35,645 nt of DNA from an archaeon. Lineage in GTDB: Archaea > Asgardarchaeota > Thorarchaeia > Thorarchaeales > Thorarchaeaceae. The position numbers and the translations under genes were made by a program. The DNA is taken from positions 1-35,645 of the forward strand of contig JAJRWI010000040.1 in the NCBI GenBank assembly GCA_024276825.1. Reading direction: 5' to 3'. The notes under the pieces are model-generated. The model did not search any database. It saw nothing but the letters and a program-made list of their open reading frames with translations, and had not been told where the DNA came from. Positions 17,759 through 26,079 of the stretch are shown in pieces; the stretch's first letter is position 1, and every line of letters starts with the position of its first letter.

Positions 17759-19228
17759 TCACCACTCTCTTCCAGTTTCAATTTCGGGGAGCCATATCTT
17801 GAAACTCGTTCCTTGACTGGGATCACCTCTAACTCTGTCATCTACTTCAAGAGTTCCTCCATACTTTACGATTATACTCTTTGCCTGATGGATTCCTATT
17901 CCTCCATATCTTCTGGTCGGGTCAAGCAACGATGTCTTTCTGTCCTTTTTTAGGCCTGGTCCATTATCTTCAACAAATATAGAATATCCCCTACTTTCTC
18001 TTTTAAGAATTATCCAAACACGTTTGTTACTATTTGAGTTGTATGTGATGGCATTTTCAATTATGTTCTTGAAGATGATTGAAGCAAATCTGTCGCCATG
18101 TATTGGCGCCCTCTTTACTGCATAGGTTTCCGATATAATGACATCATTAAACGTCTGTTTGAACTCGCTTACTACATCTCTTATAACCTCAACACAGTCT
18201 ATCTCATCAAGCGGTTCTTCAAGAAAGCCCTTTGTTGCTTGTGACCTCTTGATAAGACTTTGTATTTTTTCAACGGCCTCAATTATTATTGAAAGAGTAT
18301 CACGACATTCATCGCCTTCAATTGACATGCTCAGAATCTCAATACCCGACATTATTGCCTGCATGTAATTACGAATGTCATGGCCCAAAATGTCAAGATA
18401 GAGGGTGGCAGTTTCAGCACTTAGCTTAAGGATTTTTTCATCTTGTTTTCTCTCACTTATGTCTCGGATCAAGAGCCAGATTATGTCTTCATGAAATATC
18501 TGTTCTGCAATCATATACCCTCTAATCTCAATAGGAATGTTCAATTTAGCAATCTGGATCTTGGTTTCCATGCTGAATGGTTCTCTGCTGTTCAACAAAT
18601 CCTTGACTTTTTCTAGAAAAGCATTTCGTGCTTCTTTGTCTATAAAATCTTGAAACCGTTTTCCTATCCCAATACACTCGCCATTCGTATCCCCCACTAG
18701 TTTGGAGAAACTCTCACTGACTTGGACTATTGATCCATCTTTATCAATTGCAACCAGAATGTCCGCAACTATATTGAACAGCAATTTTGAAAGCGTTTCG
18801 GTCAGCGCGATTTGAATGCGATCGCTTTCATGGCCCGTAAGTTCTTTGCATACGCAAACCACGAAATCAATGTTTCTTGGCTTGAATGTCCTGACCATGT
18901 GCCATTCAGTTTCTCCATTAATTGCGACCTCGAAATCAATAGACTGTGACTCACCAGTATTCTTTGTTATTCTAATCGCTTCACCTATGCGATTGGCTAT
19001 TTTGCTCGGAAAAAGATATGCCAATCTCTTTGTAAACAATTCATTCGGATTGTATAGATTTCCATCTGGCTTGTAAAGTCCCAATGCTTCGCTTATTTTG
19101 CCCCCTGCCCAAACTATAACATCATCACTTGTAATCAGCATTCCAACTCCTAGATGCTGAAGTATCTCCTTTATGAGATCCGAGTCTCCGAATAGGTCCT
19201 TGATTCGGTTATCGTACTCCCTATTCAC
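17759..19228 (-). CDS. PAS-domain sensor histidine kinase
   Basis: PAS/PAC (AIDKDGSIVQVS...RDISERK), H-box GHDIRN, NIIENAITY, DNGPG, GGIGI. Confidence 0.92.
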   Translation of the reverse strand: MNREYDNRIKDLFGDSDLIKEILQHLGVGMLITSDDVIVWAGGKISEALGLYKPDGNLYNPNELFTKRLAYLFPSKIANRIGEAIRITKNTGESQSIDFEVAINGETEWHMVRTFKPRNIDFVVCVCKELTGHESDRIQIALTETLSKLLFNIVADILVAIDKDGSIVQVSESFSKLVGDTNGECIGIGKRFQDFIDKEARNAFLEKVKDLLNSREPFSMETKIQIAKLNIPIEIRGYMIAEQIFHEDIIWLLIRDISERKQDEKILKLSAETATLYLDILGHDIRNYMQAIMSGIEILSMSIEGDECRDTLSIIIEAVEKIQSLIKRSQATKGFLEEPLDEIDCVEVIRDVVSEFKQTFNDVIISETYAVKRAPIHGDRFASIIFKNIIENAITYNSNSNKRVWIILKRESRGYSIFVEDNGPGLKKDRKTSLLDPTRRYGGIGIHQAKSIIVKYGGTLEVDDRVRGDPSQGTSFKIWLPEIETGREW

Positions 19229-19365
19229 AATTATGGGCCTCTTTTCTCTTTGTCTTGGTAATATCTGCTGCTAATATTGTTTCGAAATGGATTTAACCCT
19301 CATAAAGTAAATAATTCGTGGTTATTAATAAATTATCTTGATGAATCAATCTTGGGGCGGAAAAA

Positions 19366-20445
19366 ATGGCTGAAAGGCAACCTCATAGGTCTTTGGAAGA
19401 TTGTTCCTCAAAGGATGAAATCACGTACCTGGCTCATCAGATCATCTGTCTTCGAAATGTATCCCGCCTTCTTTCAAAGCTTGATAAGGATATTGAGTAT
19501 ATCTGTTATACATTGGTCCATCTAATCCCCGAAGGATTTCAGTTTCCTGATAAGGCATCTGTGAGACTGACCCTTAATGATCAATTATTCGAAACTACTG
19601 GGTTTGCAGATTCCAAGTGCATGATAAATGTGTCTCTTTATGTCAATGGAGAAGAGAGTGGGAAGATTGAAGTATTCTATCCCGACGAACTGTTTGAGGA
19701 TAGTAATGGGTCATTTAATCAGGATGAATATGAACTCTTGGAAACAGTTGCTTTAGAACTGGGTCTCTATATTGAGAGAAAACTTGCCGAGAAGGCAAGA
19801 ATTCAACATTTTCAAGAACTTGAGATATATTCATCATTAATTCGTCATGATCTCAGAAATGACCTTGGTGTAGTTCTTGCAAATATTGACCTACTGAGAA
19901 TGCAAACAGAAGATATGTCATCTGATGTTGATGATATTCTTCAATCCCTCGAAGCTCTATGCCAGAGAATGACAAATCTTCTTAATGTTTTTAGCAGGTC
20001 GGCTGGACTTGATGAGTCATCGATCATTGCTGTCATTGAGAAATCAATAGAATGGGCCAAGGAAGCAAATCCTAACCTAACTATAAACTTCACTTATTCT
20101 CCTAATGTGAAGAATGCAAGAATTCTTGCAAGCCGAATGTTGCCAATGGTGTTTGATAATCTCCTCCGAAATGCAGCAATCCATGCTGGCAAAAATCCCA
20201 CAGTTGATATTACTGCTTCAATCACTGATCGCACTATTGAAATCATTGTTGCAGACGACGGTCCAGGTGTATCCAAGGAGATTCGACCTAAGTTGTTCCA
20301 GAAGGGCGTGTCAACTCGTGGGGGTGGCCTAGGCCTCTATTTGAGCAAAGAAATCATCAATGTGATGAATGGCACAATTGAACTAGTGGAGAATGATCAA
20401 CAACATGGCGCAGTATTCAAGATAATTCTTCCACTTGCCTATTAA
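19366..20445 (+). CDS. GAF-like-domain sensor histidine kinase
   Basis: N-terminal LIPEGFQFP...GKIEVFY...F..DEYELLETVA GAF-like domain; RHDLRN, NLLRNA, DDGPG, GGGLGL. Confidence 0.92.
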   Translation: MAERQPHRSLEDCSSKDEITYLAHQIICLRNVSRLLSKLDKDIEYICYTLVHLIPEGFQFPDKASVRLTLNDQLFETTGFADSKCMINVSLYVNGEESGKIEVFYPDELFEDSNGSFNQDEYELLETVALELGLYIERKLAEKARIQHFQELEIYSSLIRHDLRNDLGVVLANIDLLRMQTEDMSSDVDDILQSLEALCQRMTNLLNVFSRSAGLDESSIIAVIEKSIEWAKEANPNLTINFTYSPNVKNARILASRMLPMVFDNLLRNAAIHAGKNPTVDITASITDRTIEIIVADDGPGVSKEIRPKLFQKGVSTRGGGLGLYLSKEIINVMNGTIELVENDQQHGAVFKIILPLAY

Positions 20446-20503
20446 TAAAGAAAAAACTATATCAGGTATACACGGATAATAATTGTCACTGTGAGCTGAT
20501 GTT

Positions 20504-22948
20504 ATGAGCGAGGTGTTAGATGAGTCTTTAATCAAGGCTCTAGAACGCCAACCCTGCCCAATTTATCTAATAGACATTAATGGCACAATTCTCTGGACCA
20601 ACATATCAGCTCAAGAAATTGCTGGACTTGATGCTGGCCGAATTATTGGTAAAAGAATTTCTAACTTGAGTTGGAACTCCCGCCCAGAAACGTTCTTGAA
20701 ACTATTGAAGAAAGCAAATCGCCAGAAAACAGTTGATTTTGAAACGGTCCTGAAGAAGGATGATCAATGTACACTTAATAAAATCCATATATTCCGATTA
20801 TCCGATAAAACCAAAAGGCACACATTTGGAGTCGCGGTTCTTCCGTCAGATCTATTGTCCTCCCTGTCTATTCTGGAAAAAGAAAATGGTATCATCTTGT
20901 TAGTAGATAGAAAAATCATCTTTCAAAACACCATTGCAAGGAAAATATTCAACATGGATATTAATGATGAATTTATCCTACCTACATATTGCTCACAATT
21001 CGAATCAGTCCATATTTCTAAATCGGCACAATCTAAATCAGCTAGTTACTTTCAAAAAAAGATAATGAGAAACACTCGATTCAGAGTGGACTGGTGCTTC
21101 AAAAATCAACACAATTCAATCCGATTTGTGGATGTTCAGCACATTCCGCTACAAAAAACTCCCCTCGCCATCTCATTAATCCTTGCGAATGATAAAACTG
21201 AATCAAAGCTAGATGAATTGAAGTTTCGTATCCTGTTTCAGGGGTCTCCTGCAGCAACCTGCATTATAGACAAGAACTGTAGAATTCTGGATGCCAACCC
21301 TGCTATGATCAACCTGTTCGGGTATTCTCGGAAAGAACTTGTCGGGAAAATTATGCCTGACTTTTGCTATGGTGTGGATCGGAATATAATCAAGCAAATG
21401 CTTTTGGATGAATCTAGTGTGCTGAATAATATTGAGATTGCATCGAGCAAGAAGGACGGTACGCCACTTATGTTGCTTGCAAACGCCAGTGTCCAAAAGA
21501 TTGGTACTGAACCGTTTATCATTATGTCATTCATCGATCAAACTACTGAGAAAGAGGCCCTAATTAGCGCCGAAACTGCAAGAAGACTGTATCAAGACTT
21601 GTTTGAGAACATCCCAATTTCCATATTATTTGTGGATTCCAATGGTCGGATTATGGACTGTAATAAGATGATAACAACTCTAAGCCAGTACAAGCCAGAT
21701 GAACTGGTTGGGCAAAATGTCCATAGGCTATTCATGCAAGACATTTCGGATCAAGAAGCACTTACTAATGCACTTAAAAATGGCAGGGCGGAGAATATCG
21801 AATTAAGATTTGTGCGGAAAGATGGTGACATTGTTTATGTTCTGCTGGACTCTCTCTCTATAGAAATTGGGACTCTATTGGCCCTTCGGGATATTACTGA
21901 TTTGCACCGTACACTGTCTGAGCTTGAAATGAGCACTAAAAAATATGACCAGCTTGTTTCGCAACTCCCAATAGGAGTAGCAGTCACAGATTTGAAAGAG
22001 AATATCCTCTTGGCAAATGATGCACTTGCTCGGATTTTCGGGGCAAGCAAGGAAGAACTTATCGGCAAAAGCTTTTTGGACTTTGTAAGCCCCTCGTCAA
22101 AGGCCATTATTCAGGAGCAGACAAATAGTCATAACGATAATGCGGTTGCGAAATACGAGGTCCAGATTATCAGATCTGATGGTTCTTTCCGTGATGTAGA
22201 GATTATGTCCTCCTGGCTCAAAGATGAATCTGGTAGTGTTATCGGTACTCTTGGGACCATTGAGGACATTACTCATCAAAAACAACTTGAACGAATGAAA
22301 CAGATTCAAGACCAAGAAATTACTCTCTATGGTCGCTTATTACGTCACGATTTGCGAAATGACCTCGGACTGTTGCAGTGTTATATAGAAGCCATTCAAA
22401 TGATTGAATCAGATTTAGATCCTGAAAGCATTCAGTTCATTGAATCCTCACTTAATGTTATTGAACGAATGAATAATCTCATACGTTATCTCGAACGACC
22501 ACAACCTCTTACTACTGTTGAACTTGGCAAGTACATTTCCGAACTTGCAGAAGAGGCCAACAAGTCAAGCACGGCTCTGATTGTGAAAGTCAATATTGAC
22601 CCGAAAGTTAAAAATGAAAAAATAATTGCTGGCACATTACTTAATTTGGTGTTTCACAACTTATTTAGAAATGCAGAACAACATGCAGGACCAAAGCCTG
22701 TTGTATCAATAGATGTGCGAAAGAGCGGAAGCTTTGCCGAGATGATTGTCAGCGATAATGGTCCTGGGGTGCCGGATGAATTGAGGGAAAAAATCTTTGA
22801 GAGAGGCACATCGACAAAAGAGGGTGGGGGTCTGGGACTTCATCTTTGTCATGAGATCTTGATTGAACGTGGAGGATCAATCGAATTACTGCCTAGTGAG
22901 AAAGGAATGGGTGCGACTTTTCGTATATTGATTCCACTGGTATCATAA
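20504..22948 (+). CDS. Multi-PAS sensor histidine kinase
   Basis: About 5 PAS units (e.g. DANPAMINLFGYSRKELVG; LANDALARIFGASKEELIG); RHDLRN, NLFRNA, DNGPG, GGGLGL; no TM helix. Confidence 0.93.
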   Translation: MSEVLDESLIKALERQPCPIYLIDINGTILWTNISAQEIAGLDAGRIIGKRISNLSWNSRPETFLKLLKKANRQKTVDFETVLKKDDQCTLNKIHIFRLSDKTKRHTFGVAVLPSDLLSSLSILEKENGIILLVDRKIIFQNTIARKIFNMDINDEFILPTYCSQFESVHISKSAQSKSASYFQKKIMRNTRFRVDWCFKNQHNSIRFVDVQHIPLQKTPLAISLILANDKTESKLDELKFRILFQGSPAATCIIDKNCRILDANPAMINLFGYSRKELVGKIMPDFCYGVDRNIIKQMLLDESSVLNNIEIASSKKDGTPLMLLANASVQKIGTEPFIIMSFIDQTTEKEALISAETARRLYQDLFENIPISILFVDSNGRIMDCNKMITTLSQYKPDELVGQNVHRLFMQDISDQEALTNALKNGRAENIELRFVRKDGDIVYVLLDSLSIEIGTLLALRDITDLHRTLSELEMSTKKYDQLVSQLPIGVAVTDLKENILLANDALARIFGASKEELIGKSFLDFVSPSSKAIIQEQTNSHNDNAVAKYEVQIIRSDGSFRDVEIMSSWLKDESGSVIGTLGTIEDITHQKQLERMKQIQDQEITLYGRLLRHDLRNDLGLLQCYIEAIQMIESDLDPESIQFIESSLNVIERMNNLIRYLERPQPLTTVELGKYISELAEEANKSSTALIVKVNIDPKVKNEKIIAGTLLNLVFHNLFRNAEQHAGPKPVVSIDVRKSGSFAEMIVSDNGPGVPDELREKIFERGTSTKEGGGLGLHLCHEILIERGGSIELLPSEKGMGATFRILIPLVS

Positions 22949-22975
22949 TATTTGACTATTGCAAATATCAAATAT
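22948..22975. terminator. Inverted repeat between convergent genes (putative terminator)
   Basis: atatttga-c-tatt-gca-aata-tcaaatat hairpin between the stops at 22948 (+) and 22980 (-). Confidence 0.5.
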
Positions 22976-22979
22976 AGCT

Positions 22980-24230
22980 TTATAGTGATGAGTCAATAAT
23001 ATATGGTTTCCATTTTTCATTGCAGGTGTTCTTGACTCTGGTTAGCATGGCCTGCATTGATTTCTTCCCAATCACTTCACCAATCATCACACTTACATTA
23101 TCAATCAAATGATCAATTGAATCGCCAATTTGACTCATCTCTCTGGGCGTTATAAGAACATCAAGTGCCACATATGCTGATAAGTCGCGTTTCAAAAACA
23201 CTCTGGATAGCCACGGGTGTCTATCGATATTCTCTATTATAGCTCTTTGTAAAATCCTCATGGTCTGCTCTTGTCCGATTTTACTGGCACTTGATTGAAT
23301 GACTCCAGTGAGAATACACTCACTTGCAAGTAAGAGCCGCTTTTCAATTGATACTTTTTGGATATATCCCCTAGAAAGTAGACTGCCAAGCTCATAAATG
23401 ATGAATTCAGGGTAGTCAAGCTTTAGGGTTTCAAAGATCTTGTAGAGTGGAGCTCTTCCATCTAACCTTGATATTGTACGAATTGTTTCTATGCTTAGAG
23501 ACTCTGGATTCTCAATTGAAAGCAAGAATCCTAAAGATCCAGGTGAGAGTGATAGAATATCATTTTCATCCGGAACAAATACGACGTTTATGAGATTATT
23601 CCAAATTGCGATAGAAACTATGTTGACTAGGTCATCAAAGTTTACATTTAACTCATTAGCCAGTTCGAAGAGAGTCTGACCTTCCCGAGCGCTTTTGATG
23701 ATTCTTGCAATCTCAAACTTCATTTTTACTGATTTGAACATATCATGTAAACTTATGTTCCTTTTAACATCTACAATCATTGTTCGCTTTGTCAATCTAT
23801 CAACGAGGAATGTCCTTCGTACAAAATTATCGAAATCATCGAACAAGCTCCCATCTATAGTGTCTTCATCTCTTAGAAACTGAAATGTGTCCTCAAATTC
23901 CAGTACGATCGATCTTAGCTTGCTCCTTGCCTCATTCGTTTCACGAGTTACAGCTAAAACTCCAATTGCCCAATTTGCAGGTTCAACTAGCAGAGTTGTG
24001 TCCTGACCATAGATTATTTTCCACCCCCTCTGCTTAATGCCTGCGACTTCAGCGACGAAGCTCTGCATGGCAGATAGAAAGCCTGAGAGCATTTGTGGGT
24101 CTTGCATCCCCTCGATGAACTCATGGGAATATGGGGCCATTCCTGAATACTTGTTGAATATGAACATTATCTGTTCGTTAAATCCACTAGTCCTTCTCGC
24201 AACAAGTTCTTGGGCTTTCACATAGACCAC
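22980..24230 (-). CDS. Longin-like domain protein with tandem winged helices
   Basis: IMFIFNKYSGMAPYSHEF...DPQMLSGFLSAMQSFVAEV...KLRSIVLEFEDTF...FDDFDNFVRRTF fits the archaeal longin pattern. Two wH-like units follow (GQTLFELANEL...; LDGRAPLYKI...LLSRGYI). Start is GTG 24230 or 24221. Confidence 0.75.
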   Translation of the reverse strand: MVYVKAQELVARRTSGFNEQIMFIFNKYSGMAPYSHEFIEGMQDPQMLSGFLSAMQSFVAEVAGIKQRGWKIIYGQDTTLLVEPANWAIGVLAVTRETNEARSKLRSIVLEFEDTFQFLRDEDTIDGSLFDDFDNFVRRTFLVDRLTKRTMIVDVKRNISLHDMFKSVKMKFEIARIIKSAREGQTLFELANELNVNFDDLVNIVSIAIWNNLINVVFVPDENDILSLSPGSLGFLLSIENPESLSIETIRTISRLDGRAPLYKIFETLKLDYPEFIIYELGSLLSRGYIQKVSIEKRLLLASECILTGVIQSSASKIGQEQTMRILQRAIIENIDRHPWLSRVFLKRDLSAYVALDVLITPREMSQIGDSIDHLIDNVSVMIGEVIGKKSMQAMLTRVKNTCNEKWKPYIIDSSL

Positions 24231-24256
24231 ATCATTGATTTGAAGGGTGTCAAAGA

Positions 24257-24619
24257 TTATTTGCCAATGTACTTGTCAATTGCTGCAAACAGGTCTTTGC
24301 TTCGAATTGGCTTTGTTAGAAAGCCTACAGCACCAGTCTTTAATGCATCCTCTCTTATGCTCTCATCAGCACTAATAAAGAGGATTCTAGCAGATGGGTA
24401 ATTAGCAAGTATTTCATTGGTAGCTGTAATCCCGTTCATGACTGGCATTCGATGGTCCATCAATACAAGGTCTGGCTTAGGATTGGATTGAATGTACTTT
24501 TCAACGGCCTCTGCGCCATTGAAAGCATGTGCCACAACGTCATGGCCCCCAAGAGATAGGATCCTATCCAGGACTTTATGCAGTAGTTGGTCGTCATCCA
24601 CAATCATTACTCTAACCAT
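24257..24619 (-). CDS. Single-domain response regulator (CheY-like receiver)
   Basis: VMIVDDD, LVLMDHRMPVMNG, FISA, LTKP; all key receiver residues intact; no output domain. Confidence 0.95.
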   Translation of the reverse strand: MVRVMIVDDDQLLHKVLDRILSLGGHDVVAHAFNGAEAVEKYIQSNPKPDLVLMDHRMPVMNGITATNEILANYPSARILFISADESIREDALKTGAVGFLTKPIRSKDLFAAIDKYIGK

Positions 24620-24631
24620 GTTCAGTCCCCC

Positions 24632-25723
24632 TTAGTTATTCTCATCCTCCGTCTTTTGATTTTCAGCTTTGCGTATTAGTAGAACAAAGTTTGCCCCCTT
24701 GGAATAGTCGCCTTCAACTCTGTCTTCGATGTAAATCTGACCCCCATAATTCTCAATGATTTTCTTGACCAAGGTCAATCCAAGACCTAGTCCAAGAATG
24801 GTTTCTCTTCGTTCAATGATCTTATCGAAAATCTCCTCCTTCTGTTCGTCTCTAATTCCTGGCCCATGATCCTTTACCTGTATCTTTACAAAAGGAGTAT
24901 ATCTTATTTCTTCAGCTTCTACCTCAACTATTACCTCATTCTTTGGGTCGAATTTCATGGCATTGTGGATTAATGCATAAAAGACATCAACCAAAAAGTC
25001 ATCTGCCATTACTTTAAACTGACCTGGTTCAAAATTAGATCTCAAGACTAGCTTTTTATCCGGAAACGCCTTAGCAACCTCTTCAGCAGCCCGTTTCAAT
25101 GAGGCCCCTAGATCTCTTACTCCAACAACAGGCTTTTCTGTTTCAATAAGATGAAGTTTCTTTACATTAGCAATTAATTGGGAGCTACGATCAAGTTCTC
25201 TTATTCCTTCATCAAGGAGTTTTTTCATCTCTTCGGAAATATCTGGTGAATGATAGATTAGTTCAAAGATGGATAGGATTTCTTGATTGATGTTTGTAAG
25301 GTCATGAGTGATCAAGTCAATGAAAAACTCTACTTTCCGCTGTGTTTCAATAAGCTGCTTTTCGGCATTTTTCTTCTCAGTTATATTCCTATAAAAGCCG
25401 TAAGCACCAACTATCTTTTCATCCTCAATAAACGGAAATACTATCCCTTCAACATAAACCGTTTCTCCATTTTTTGTGACAAACATGGCTTCTATACTCT
25501 CTTGCCGCTCTCCCTTCATTGCAATTGAGAGTAAATCTTGATAATGCTTTATTGAGCTGGGATGAATTATGTCATCCAATTTCAAATTCGGAACTTCTTC
25601 TCTGGTATATCCCAAAGTGTTCAACCAAGCCTGATTAACAAACTCAAAAGAGCCATCAGGTCTAACAATATGCACTAAGTCGCTAATTTCATCTATCAGT
25701 TTCGCGATACGGTCCCCATACAC
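24632..25723 (-). CDS. PAS-domain sensor histidine kinase
   Basis: FVNQAWLNTLGYTREE PAS, THDLTN, ALIHNAMKF, DHGPG, GLGLGL; AAGGAGG before the GTG start. Confidence 0.93.
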   Translation of the reverse strand: MYGDRIAKLIDEISDLVHIVRPDGSFEFVNQAWLNTLGYTREEVPNLKLDDIIHPSSIKHYQDLLSIAMKGERQESIEAMFVTKNGETVYVEGIVFPFIEDEKIVGAYGFYRNITEKKNAEKQLIETQRKVEFFIDLITHDLTNINQEILSIFELIYHSPDISEEMKKLLDEGIRELDRSSQLIANVKKLHLIETEKPVVGVRDLGASLKRAAEEVAKAFPDKKLVLRSNFEPGQFKVMADDFLVDVFYALIHNAMKFDPKNEVIVEVEAEEIRYTPFVKIQVKDHGPGIRDEQKEEIFDKIIERRETILGLGLGLTLVKKIIENYGGQIYIEDRVEGDYSKGANFVLLIRKAENQKTEDENN

Positions 25724-25900
25724 CTTTATGCCTCCTTGGCTTGGTACTGCTAGATTATTGATGTCTAAAAGTTAAGAATATATCTATGTTCTATAGATAG
25801 TCATTTGAAATGCTTTTTCTTGTTCAGAAAAATAATAATCTTGTTCCCAATCAGATTTTTTTGGTTAAATTCAATTAAATAACTACTAGACTCGATTGCA

Positions 25901-26079
25901 CTTTTAAATAAGCAAGATTTATAATATTCCATTCCAAACCACCCACATTACTGGGAGACCGAGTGAGAGCAATCACGGGTCATACGCATGCCCCCAGTCA
26001 TTCTCATTGAACACGCCACCAGAAGCCCCGAGTCTGACTGTGATGCTCATATCGGTCAGATATAAGGAGGCTCATTAGT
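25901..26079 (+). promoter_or_regulatory. Putative TATA box, structured 5' leader and RBS of the giant surface-protein operon
   Basis: TATA-like TTTTAAATA (25902-25910) and TTTATAAT (25918-25925); nested stems at 25950-25998; hairpin at 26033-26060; AAGGAGG at 26064-26070. Confidence 0.5.
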
